A stretch of 64,000 nt of DNA from Octopus vulgaris. Taxonomy: Eukaryota. The notes beneath the pieces are model-generated. The model was not told where the DNA came from. It saw only the letters and a list, made by a program, of their open reading frames with translations, and ran no database searches. Shown piece by piece: positions 27,341-38,435 of the stretch. How positions within the stretch are numbered: the first letter of the stretch is position 1; each line of letters starts with the position of its first letter. Location: the NCBI GenBank assembly GCA_951406725.2, contig OX597815.1, positions 188,046,001 through 188,110,000 of the forward strand. The letters run 5' to 3'. The position numbers and the translations under genes are program-made.

Positions 27341-27457
27341 CTTATAATCTAAAGGCTTTTTTGTTAAATTGTCTTACAGACACTAATCCACTGATAAAAT
27401 TGTTATTTTACAAAATCCTGCAAAATTTTTTTATTATTTTAAAAAGGATCAATATGA

Positions 27458-27918
27458 ATGGAAATTGTAGCTGTGATACCAGTGCTGGTGGCACATAAGA
27501 GAACCATCCAAATGTGGCCGTTGCCAGTGCCGCCCTGACTGGCTTCCGTGCCGGTGGCACATAAAAAGCACCATCCGATCGTGGCCATTGCCAGCCTCGC
27601 CTGGCCTCCGTGCCGGTGGCACATAAAAAGCACCATCCGATCGTGGCCGTTTGCCAGCCTCGCCTGGCCTCCGTGCCGGTAGCTTGTAAAAAGCACCATC
27701 CGACCGTGGCCTTGTCTGGCACCTGTGCCGGTGGCACGTAAAAAGCACCCACTACACTCATGGAGTGGTTGGCGTTAGGAAGGACATACAGCCGTAGAAA
27801 CATTGCCAGATCAGACTGGGACTGGTGCAGCCTTCTGGCTTCCCAGACCCCAGTTGTACCGTCCAACCCATGCCAGCATGGAAAGCGAATGCTAAACGAT
27901 GATGATGATGATGATGAT
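27458..27918 (+). mobile_element. RTE 3' UTR with five tandem units of about 60 bp
   Basis: Units near 27482, 27547, 27609, 27672 and 27724, then a (GAT)n tail. Confidence 0.88.
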
Positions 27919-27938
27919 TTTAAAAAGGAATTTAGGTA

Positions 27939-28289
27939 CCGTATTTGATGGCCTATAAGACACACCTTTTTTTTTCTTTTTACCTAAAAATGGCTTAAAA
28001 TATCCACATGTCCAATGCACTCAATCATCATCATCGTAGGCTTAAAACTTGCTCAAAATGGTATGTATGTTTACAAAACATGTGCTGCCATCTATTGGTG
28101 AACAATCACCTATGGTATGTTTATATCAAATGTGGATGCAATAAATTGTTTATAATTACTAGTAATAACAAAGCTATACAGGTAAGTGGAGGAGTTAAAA
28201 CATTATTTTAGTGGTAATTTATTTTACAAAAGTATAGCCTTGGCCAGGGTGCATTCTGTGCACTCGTGAGTCTTTAGCCCATCATATAC
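27939..28289. mobile_element. pogo/Tigger-like MITE
   Basis: TA-CCGTATTTGATGGCCTATAAGACACAC...GTGAGTCTTTAGCCCATCATATAC, imperfect TIRs. Confidence 0.6.
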
Positions 28290-28702
28290 TCTTTTACTCT
28301 TTTACTCTTTTACTTGTTTCAGTCATTTGACTGCGGCCATGCTGGAGCACCGCCTTTAATCGAGCAACTCGACCCCGGAACTTATTCTATTGTAAGCCCA
28401 GTACTTATTCTATCGGTCTCTTTTGCCGAACCGCTAAGTGACGGGGACAAACACACCAGCATCGGTTGTCAAGCAATGCTAGGGGGACAAACACACACAC
28501 AAACACACACACACATACATATATATATACATATATACGACGGGCTTCTTTCAGTTTCCGTCTACCAAATCCACTCACAAGGCTTTGGTCGGCCCGAGGC
28601 TATAGTAGAAGACACTTGCCCAAGGTGCCACGCAGTGGGACTGAACCCGGAACCATGTGGTTGGTAGACAAGCTACTTACCACACAACCACTCCTGCGCC
28701 TA
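28290..28702 (-). mobile_element. SINE family A, young full length
   Basis: CpG-rich near-consensus copy with a (TTTTACTC)n tail. Confidence 0.95.
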
Positions 28703-29182
28703 CGGTAATTTTTTTATAAAAGAATGGCCATGATAGGGTTGGCATTGTTAATATCAGAAACTTCACCCATCCAGCCTATTTCTGTCATTCTCTCTGCAAA
28801 TCGCAACTCAAAATTTAGGGCACTGTCCTTTGAACAGCAAATAAGCCTGTTTCATAAAATGGTTTATTTCTACTGTCAATCTACTTATTTCATTAACTCC
28901 TGATGAAATTAAATGTCAAGTCAGCCTAGAAAGGATTTAGATTATGGATTGCAGGAAATATAACTTGATATTTATCACAGAGTATATAATTAATACTTAT
29001 TTTCTAACCAGATAAGATTCAGCTAGACAGAATATATCTCATGTAAAGTACATTACTTTAATAGATATATTACAGAAGTTTCAGACTCATGGACTATTAG
29101 TTTGTCATCTATAATCACAAATGCTTCCAACAACAATGCTTCACCTGCATGCTTATATATATACATACATACCTACATACAT

Positions 29183-29555
29183 AGATGCAGGAGTGGTTAT
29201 GTGGTAAGAAGCTTGCTTCCCAACACATGGTTCCAGGTTCAGTCCCACTGCATGGCACCTTGGGCAAGTGTCTTCTACTGTAGCCTCGGGCCAACCAAAG
29301 TCTTGTGAGTGGATTTTGTAGCTGGAAACTGAAAGAAGCCTGCCTCAAACACACACACTTATATGTACGTATATGTACGTGTGTAAGTGTTTGTACCCCC
29401 AACATCACTCGACGTCCCCGTAACTTATCAGTTCGGCAAAAGAGATCGATAGAATAAGTACTAGGCTTACAAATAATAAGTCCTGGGGTTGATTTGCTCA
29501 GTTAAAGGCAGTGCTAAAGTATGACCACAGTCAAATGACTGAAACAGATAAAAGA
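29183..29555 (+). mobile_element. SINE family A
   Basis: Head and tail motifs present. Confidence 0.9.
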
Positions 29556-29580
29556 ATATATATATATACACACACAATAT

Positions 29581-29773
29581 ATGGGGGTTCAGTTCACAGG
29601 TGATCCAAACGAACAGGTATGCTTGGTAAGTGCTGTAACGGATTACTAAGGCTCCAAGGTTGTAGCTGAGACAGTAGTTATGGAGCCATTGCAGATTTCT
29701 GATAAAGCGGATTTATAATTGTTAAAGTGGACAACAAATGTTAAGGCAAGATGTTTTGTTGGTCCTCTTTAAC

Positions 29774-29818
<45 letters not shown>

Positions 29819-29832
29819 CATACACGCATACG

Positions 29833-29876
<44 letters not shown>

Positions 29877-30485
29877 AGCTGTAGGAGTGATTTTAATGAT
29901 TTCAATAATTTATATTAAGATTTTTATAATTGTATTCTTATCTTATATGTATTGGATTATAATGTATATGTGTATGTTATTAAGGTTCTCGTTTTTGTTA
30001 AATAGATAAATAAGTATAGGCACAGGAGTGGCTGTGTGGTAAGTAGCTTGTTAAACAACCACATGGTTCCAGGTTCAGTCCCACTGTGTGGCATCTTGGG
30101 CAAGTGTCTTCTGCTATAGCACCGGGCCGACCAATGCCTTGTGAGTGGATTTGGTAGACAGAAACTGAAAGAAGCTTGTCGTATATATGTATATATATAT
30201 ATATGTATGTGTGTGTGTTTGTGTGTCTGTGTTTGTCCCCCTAGCATTGCTTGACAACCGATGCTGGTGTGTTTACGTCCCCATCACTTAGCGGTTCGGC
30301 AAAAGAGACTGATAGAATAAGTACTGGGCTTACAAAGAATAAGTCCCGGGGTCGATTTGCTCGACTAAAGGTGGTGCTCCAGCATGGCCGCAGTCAAATT
30401 ACTGAAACAAGTAAAAGAGTAAGTCAACATTCTAATATCCTAAAGCTGATGAACCAACTAAATGGTTTCTCCATTTTCTTATTTG

Positions 30486-30539
<54 letters not shown>

Positions 30540-30624
30540 ATATTTGTCATTACCTGTCATAAAAAGCCTTTTTTTATTTACAATGTGCATTTTCGTTGAT
30601 TTTTCATATTTTACCCTTACATTT
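29581..30624 (+). repeat. Local duplication copy 1 (contains SINE A at 30018-30422)
   Basis: Colinear with 32833-33806 across non-SINE flanks, microsatellites and the SINE. Confidence 0.92.
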
Positions 30625-30685
30625 ATATGAGGTGAAATATATGTCTGGTTAGAAAGTGACCAACAGTTTCACAAACTCCAATAGC

Positions 30686-30902
30686 CAAGGGTGTACTGAA
30701 AAGTTCCTGGCTTTGGGTAAAAGAAATTACAGGAGGATCAGTTACTTATGATTTTATTCAACATATTCCCCTCTCAGATTCACACATTTATTGCGTCAAT
30801 CCTTCAGTATTTCTAACCCCTGTAAAAGAACTTGGGAGGTTGAACCTTCAACCAGGCCTTTCACAACACCCTTAAAGTCAGGAACTTTTCAGCACCACCT
30901 TG
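30686..30902 (-). mobile_element. Mariner MITE
   Basis: TIRs CAAGGGTGTACTGAAAAGTTCCTGGCTTT / AAAGTCAGGAACTTTTCAGCACCACCTTG-TA. Minus strand keeps the mariner C-terminus NKCVNLRGEYVE*. Confidence 0.85.
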
Positions 30903-31191
30903 TACACAATACATAAGCTGCTAGTATTTATAGAGTGTTAAACACTTTCGATATGCAAATTAGGGACTCCTTCATAGAGTAACTGCTACATTTGCTGAGT
31001 ATATAAACAGTTTGGATGATTACTTTTCTGGAGATTGTCAAAATGATGTGGATGTTTCTGATGAGAACCTAATAAGGTTTGAAAATCGATTAAGGTTCTT
31101 CATCCTTTTTTCAGTCTGTGGAGAAATGGCTAAAATTTGCCCTGTTTATAATTACACCAAATGTTACATGTGTATGTGTGTATGTATGTAT

Positions 31192-31750
31192 GCTGAAGGC
31201 TTCCTTAAGAGATGCTTGCATCTCTCTTGACACATGGCTATTGATCGTAGCAGGTGGAGAAGGATTGTGCACAAAGGGACAGTTACTTTTGAGAAATCTC
31301 GAGTTGCACATGAGAAAGTAAGGAGGGATGTCAGGAAGGGCATCGCTGTTACACTTCCAGATGGGAAGGGTCTTCCTATGACGCTGACATGCAGTGTCTG
31401 TGCAAGACCCTGCCTCAGTAAAGCTGGACTCAAGAGTCATCTTCGTAGTCATAAAGCGAGACAGATGAGTGACAACCTGGCCACTGGTGGTGGTGTTACA
31501 CACCATACTAATATCTGTCAGGCATGTGGAAGAGAGTGTAATTCGGCAGGAGGACTTAAACGACATGCAAAGGTACATGAAGCCCAGTTACAACTACAGC
31601 TGCTTATTGCCGGTAAAGGTTTTAGCTGCCAATTCTGTACAAGACATTGTAGATCTTTAGCTGGGCTAAAAAGTCACATTCGATCACAGCACCAGTAACA
31701 GTTAAGCTTCGTGCAATGGCCATACTCGATAACGAGGGGGCAGCCATCAT
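31192..31750 (+). mobile_element. 5'-truncated RTE LINE 3' end with three C2H2 zinc fingers (ORF 31234-31698)
   Basis: LKASLRDACISLDTW/AIDRSRWRRIVHKG..FE..R..RR..RK, then three CxxC-x12-H-x3/4-H motifs. Short 3' UTR with a CTCG..CGAG hairpin, like other RTE ends. Confidence 0.85.
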
Positions 31751-31974
31751 AAATATATATATAAGTTGTCTAATAACCCATAAGTCAGGAAAGATGTACT
31801 TGTATACCTGTCAATAAAGTGGTTATATTAATCTAAGTGTACAGTATTATACAGATTGGTCATAATGGATATATAGGTAGTGTTTACCACCTCCAGCTGG
31901 TTTATCCAGTGTGCTTTCCATACTTAGTATTTGTTGCAAGTAGGAGATAACTCCTGCCAGCTGGGCTTTGAGGT

Positions 31975-32017
31975 CACCAGTCCATGAGATTTCCATCTTA
32001 GGATCTCTTCAGTGGTG
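31975..32017 (-). ncRNA. Decayed hammerhead motif
   Basis: CACCA-CTGAAGA-GATC-CTAA-GATG-GAAA-TCTCATGG-AC-TGGTG. Stem I perfect; cleavage site and stem III damaged. Confidence 0.6.
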
Positions 32018-32220
32018 GGCACTCATTTGTTAGGCATGGCAGTATATACAATATATACAAAATACAGTATCATATAATCACTAATTTTGTAATTAGGAGA
32101 CTAGTCTGTTAGTAAACCTGTTCAAGATAGAAGCAATACACGAACCAAAAGGTAGTGTCTATTGCCTCTTTAACATGGGTGTTCTCTAAGTGCTGATGAT
32201 ACTGCTGTTTATATATATAT

Positions 32221-32628
32221 CGCCCAGGAGTGGTTGTGTGGTAAGTAGCTTGCTTACCAACCACATGGTTCTGGGTTCAGTCTCACTGCGTGACACTTTG
32301 GGCAAGTGTCTTCTACTATAGCCTCAGGCCAACCAAAGCCTTGTGAGTGGATCTGGTAGATGGAAATTGAAAGAAGCCTGTCACACACACACACATATAT
32401 ATATATGTATGTATGTATGTATATGTTCGTGTGTCATTGTTTGTAGCCCCAACATCACTTGACAACTGATGCTGGTGTGTTTATGTCCCCATAACTTAGC
32501 AGTTCGGCCAAAGAGACCGATAGAATAAGTACAAGGCTTACAAAGACTAAGACCTGGGATCGGCTTGCTCGGCTAAAGGCAGTGCTCCAGCATGGCCGCA
32601 GTCAAATGACTGAAACAGATAAAAGAAA
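32221..32628 (+). mobile_element. SINE family A
   Basis: Head and tail motifs present. Confidence 0.9.
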
Positions 32629-32651
32629 GGAATATATATATATATATATAT

Positions 32652-32815
32652 TGCTAGAATAAGAATAGCCTGGGCAAAGTTTAGGGAGCTCTTACCTCTG
32701 CTGGTGACTAAAGGCCTCTCACTCAGAGTGTGCAGCCTTCTGGCTTCCCAGAACCCCGGTCGAACCGTCCAACCCATGCTAGCATGGAGAACGGACGTTA
32801 AACGACGATGATGAT
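32652..32815 (+). mobile_element. Internally deleted RTE copy
   Basis: ARIRIAWAKFRELLPLLVTKGLSLRV fused directly to the last 90 bp of the 3' tail. Confidence 0.82.
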
Positions 32816-32832
32816 ATATATATATGTAAAAT

Positions 32833-33806
32833 ATGGGGGTTTAGTTCACAGGTGAGTGCTGCAACGGATTACTAAGGCTCCAAGGTTGTAGCTGAGAAAG
32901 TAGTTATGGAGACATTGCAGATTTCTGATAAAGCTGACATATAATTGTTAAAGAGGACAACAAACGTTAAGGCAAGATGTTTGTTGGTCCTCTTTAACAA
33001 TTATATACATACATACATATATATATACATATACATACACGCATACGTAAATATATATATATATACCAGCTGTAAGAGTGATTTTAATGATTTCAATAAT
33101 TTATATTAAGATTTTTATAATTGTATTCTTATCTTATATGTATTGAATTATAATGTATGTATGTATGTATGTTATTAAGGTTCTCGTTTTTGTTAAATAG
33201 ATAAATAAGTATAGGCGCAGGAGTGGCTGTGTGGTAAGTAGCTTGTTAAACAACCACATGGCTCCGGGTTCAGTCCCACTGCGTGGCATCTTGGGCAAGT
33301 GTCTTCTGCTATAGCCCCAGGCTGACCAATGCCTTGTGAGTGGATTTGGTAGACAGAAACTGAAAGAAGCCTGCCGTATATATGTATATATATGTATGCG
33401 TGTGTGTTTGTGTGTCTGTGTTTGTCCCCCTAGCATTGCTTGACAACCAATGCTGGTGTGTTTACGTCCCTGTAATTTAGCAGTTCGGTAAAAAGAGACC
33501 GACAGAATAAGTACTGGGCTTACAAAGAATAAGTCCCAGGGTTGATTTGCTCGACTAAATGTGATGCTCCAGCATGGCCACAGTCAAATGACTGAAACAA
33601 GTAAAAGAGTAAGTCAACATTTTAATATCGAAAAGCCGATGAACCAACTAAATTGTTTCTCCATTTTCTTATTTGTATTATATATATATATGTGTGTATA
33701 TATATGTGTGTGTGTGTGTATATATTTGTCATTACCTGTCATAAAAAGCCTTTTTTTATTTACAATGTGCATTTTCGTTGATTTTTCATATTTTACCCTT
33801 ACATTT
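32833..33806 (+). repeat. Local duplication copy 2 (contains SINE A at 33213-33612)
   Basis: Colinear with 29581-30624. Confidence 0.92.
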
Positions 33807-34554
33807 CCACGTGTATTTTATATTTTCTTTTTGTAACATATTTCTACAGTATATATATATATACACATATATGCATATGTATATTATATATGTGTGTATG
33901 TGTGTGTGCGTGTTAGTATACCATATGTGTACTTCTTATACGTATTTATAATTTCTCATTCATACATGACAAAATAAAATATTTGTATTTTGTATAACAG
34001 CAGTGACACAGCCTCGCAGCCACAGCTAATAAACTGCAAATACAAGAAGAATACAAGTAAAAGATAGAAATAATCGAGAACTCAAAAGGGGCAATTACAT
34101 AGCTGATGTGAGCAAGCAAGTTTTTAAAGTACACTTCTTTTAACAACTGTTATTTCATCTGCTTTAAATTCTCTTGTTAAGGATAGCAAATTGCTGCAAA
34201 AATTTGAGACATTTTCTTTGTCTGTTTTGTCTTTACAGCCGTTCAACTGGTAACAGCTGTTGCACTGCTAATTTCATAGTTAAATTTCTAAAGAATGTAG
34301 GCTTCTAGCTATATTGAAATTAATATACTTTGAAACGTTTTTAAATAATTCAAACCTCATTTATATCTACGTTTTTGAAATTCAATTAAAACAGAATTTA
34401 CCAGCCAGTTAATTATGTATTAAAAGTGTATGAAACATGAGCAAAATGAGATAATTTCAGTTTATTCATGTTCTGACACAAATGCATAATAAATGCTCTC
34501 GGTTTCTACCAAGTTATGTAGTTAATCAGCTTATGTTAGGCTTTTATTCTTTTA

Positions 34555-34812
34555 TGCGTTTTCAGTCACTGAATTGTGGCCATGCTGGGGCACTGCATTC
34601 AAAGGTGGTAAGAGGTTTGCTTCTCAACCACATGGTTCTGGGTTCAGTCTCACTGCGTGGCACCTTGGGCAAGTGTTTTCTACTATAGCCTTGGGCTGAC
34701 CAAAGCCTTGTGAGTGGATTTGGTAGACAGAAACGGAAAGAAACCCATTGTATGTATGTATACATGTATGTATGTAAATGCATATATAGATTCATATATG
34801 TATGTATGTGTG

Positions 34813-34843
<31 letters not shown>

Positions 34844-34868
34844 GTAAATGTACATACATACATATATG

Positions 34869-34922
<54 letters not shown>

Positions 34923-35965
34923 TGTACATGTATGTTTCCTGGTATAAACTAATTTAACCATAAGTTGTCCAATTCCTTCTATATGTAATTTGTAGATATA
35001 TACTCTATGTATGTCCACTATATGAGTGTGTGTGTCTGGGTATGTAAGTGTGTGTATGTATGTGTGTGAATTTATGTTTACTTGTCTGAACTGTTTATAA
35101 ATGTAACTTAGCCATTTGATAAATAGAGATTGATGAAGTAAGAGCCAGACTGAAATAAGAAGTGGATTTATTGGTCACTGGGATTATCTTTAATCTTTTT
35201 ACGTGTTGCGGTTATTAGACTGTGGCCATACTGGGGCACTGCCTTGAAGAATTTTTAGTTGAATGAATTGACCCCAAGATTTCTTTCTTTTGTAAGTTGA
35301 TACTTATTCTCTCAGTCTCTTTTGCCAAACTGCTAAGTTACTGGGATGCAAACACACCAGCACTGGTTGTCAAGCAGTGGTGGGGGACAAACATGGACAC
35401 AAACACACACACGGTAACAAGCTTATTTCAGTTTCTATTTACTAAATCCACTCATAAGGCTTTGGTCGGCTCATGGCCATAGTTCAGTAGCTTTCAAACA
35501 GGGTCCACATGATCTCTAGGGGTTCATATAAGATTTTGTTGTTAAAATTTTTACAAGCATAGGAGTGGCTGTGTGATAAGTAGCTTGCTAATGAACCACA
35601 TGGTTCCGGGTTCAGTTCCACTGCGTGGCACCTTGGCTAAGTGCCTTCTACTATAGCCTTGGGCCGACCAAATCCTTGTGAGTGGATTTGGTAGACGGAA
35701 ACTGAAAGAAGGCCGTCATATATATGTATATATATATATATGTACGTGTGTATATATTTGTGTGTCTGTGTTTGTCTCCCCAACATCACTTGACAACCGA
35801 AGCTGGTGTGTTTACGTCCCTGTAACTTAGCGGTTCTGCAAAAGACACCGATAGAATAAGTACTAGGCTTACAAAGAATAAGTCCTGAGGTTAATTTGCT
35901 CGACTAAAGGCAGTGCTCCAGCATGGCCACAGTCAAATGACTGAAACAAGAAAATGAGTAAAAGA
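34555..35965. mobile_element. Cluster of SINE A copies: 34555-34750 (fragments), 35195-35482 (-), 35556-35965 (+)
   Basis: Family motifs present. The last copy interrupts a possible decayed hAT-like MITE (about 35485-36115). Confidence 0.85.
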
Positions 35966-37006
35966 ATACACAAATTATTTTAACAATTCTTTTTCATTAC
36001 AATTCCTAATAATATTTAATCATAAAAATATAAAAGTATTTTCTTAAACTTTGAATAAGTATGAGAGTCCACTGAAATAAAATCGTAATAGGTGAAAAAT
36101 GGCTGAGAATTATTCCTACAGTAGCAGACACTTGTGCCTGAATATCTGTATAGTTTATATCTACCAATTCCATTCATGAGGAATTAGTCTGCCTGAGGCT
36201 AAAGTAGCTGACATCTGCCTCAGGTACTGTGAAAGGGGATCAAACCCTAAACCACATCGTTGTCAAGTTAACTTCTTAACCAAATCTATTGCGCTGATCT
36301 CCTACCACACAAAATTCAATGAGGCTGCTTTCTTATTGCCTCTGTTTGAAGAAAGAAAAGACAAAGAAAAGAAAAAGTGCACCCCCCCCCCATAAAACAA
36401 ATATTTCCTGAATACAGTAAGTTGTTATCAACGTGACCTTACAAGCTGAAGTGATATTTATCTCATAATATCCAGTTAAGAACCCATTACTTAGGAAAGA
36501 ATCTACCTTCCCCTACCCTGAGAAGCATTGTAAGACCAGGTTGTAGGGGCTGGGGGGAGAGGGACCTAATTTCAGCATCCCCACCAGAATGTGTTCCCTT
36601 CCCCACTTCAGGTATTTATTTACAGAATTCCAGTATCCTCTATCCACTCTGAATGCATCCAGTTCTCAAAGAAAATTTTCTGTGACATATTAATAGCTTC
36701 AGAATTCCGTTAGAGAATTCTTATTTTCACTAATAAATTTAATAAAGCAGGGAAAGTAGGTGACAAAAAGTAATGTAATTTAAAAAAAAATTAACTTGAG
36801 ATATTTAATGTAGATTAATTACATTGAAGTAATGTTCCTTGTTTTCTTTTGTCATTTCTTTTTTGTTTTTGTTCATTTCAGATAGTACAACATTTGACAT
36901 AAATTTTATACATACACACATGCACACACTAACTCTTTGCCTTCTTAGTCCTTTATTCCAAGTGGTCTGACCATATTCCTATGAGCTGGCAAACCCAGAA
37001 CTACAA

Positions 37007-37051
<45 letters not shown>

Positions 37052-37150
37052 TGTGCACGTGTGCATGTGTGTGTAATTATTTATGTATTCCAACATATAA
37101 ATATTTATTGAATATTTTTATATACATACATATATATATGTGTACATATA

Positions 37151-37224
<74 letters not shown>

Positions 37225-37321
37225 TATACACACATATATATATATATACATATATATATACACACACATATATATATATATATATATACACATATATATA
37301 TGTACACATATATATATGTAT

Positions 37322-37918
37322 GTCATCATCATCATCATCATCATCGTTTAGCGTCCGTTTTCCATGCTAGCATGGGTTGGACGGTTCTACTGGGGTCTGT
37401 GAAGCCAGAAGGCTTCATCAGGCCCAGTCAAATCTGGCAGTGTTTCTACGGCTGGATGCCCTTCCTAACGCCAACCACTCCGTGAGTGTAGTGGGTGCTT
37501 TTTACGTGCCACCCGCACTGGGGCCAGACAGAGCTGGCAAACGGCCACGAACGGATGGTGCTTTTTATGTGCCACCGGCACGAGGGCCAGGCAAGGCTGG
37601 CAACGGACACGAAACGGGGCGGTGCTGGCAACGGTGGTAGCACATCCGCAATTTCCATTGATCGATTTCGATTCTGATCCTCACTTGCCTCAACACGTCT
37701 TCACAAGTAGAGTTTTGTGTCCCATGAAGGGAACGTATGCATACGTAGGCCGGCTCCATCCCATGTAGAAGGCCACGGGTTATGGACTCACTTGTCCTGC
37801 CGGGTCTTCTCGCGCACAGCACACTTCCAGAGGTCGCCCATGTTTCACTGCCATGTAGCATGGCTGTTCGTACACACGCATCATACAGTCTGCCTTTCAC
37901 TCTGTGCGAGAGGCCTTT
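37322..37918 (-). mobile_element. Young internally deleted RTE LINE (ORF2 pieces plus complete 3' UTR)
   Basis: Minus KGLSHRVKGRLYDACVRTAMLHGSETWA joined to DLWKCAVREKTRQDK*, followed by the tandem-unit UTR and (GAT)n tail. Confidence 0.9.
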
Positions 37919-38293
37919 TATGTATATAAAAATATTCAATAAATATTTATATGTTGGAATACATAAATAATTACACACACATGCACACGTGCACAAAAAC
38001 AGAAAGACAGATAAACAAATATATATTCATATGAATGTATAATATATACATATATATATACTCCAAGAAAGTTAGAGGTTGTGCATCCAACCCACTAAGA
38101 GATAATATCTATCCAATATACTGCTGGTAGAATACCCAATTAACGCACAAGTGTTTTTTATTGCATTGCAATTACATTACCTAGTGTATGTATGTATATT
38201 ATTGTAATTATTAGTTTAGTAAATAAATAAATAGGTTAATATAATGTCTAAAAGTTGATGAACCACCTATTGATCCCCTCCATTTTCTTATTG

Positions 38294-38366
<73 letters not shown>

Positions 38367-38435
38367 TGTATATATGTATATATATATATATATATGTATG
38401 TATATATGTATGTATGTATAAATATGTATGTATAT

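Noticed and set aside
27480-27750. CRISPR-like repeat and spacer periodicity
   Set aside because: Spacers are homologous to each other, the array is part of a LINE 3' UTR, there are no cas genes and the context is eukaryotic.
28314-28708. Recurrent ORFs such as [16 protein letters not shown] and [16 protein letters not shown]
   Set aside because: Translations of SINE family A.
30445-30472. CTGATGA-ACCA..TGGT hammerhead candidate
   Set aside because: No GAAA after the stem, and the duplicate copy has CCGATGA.
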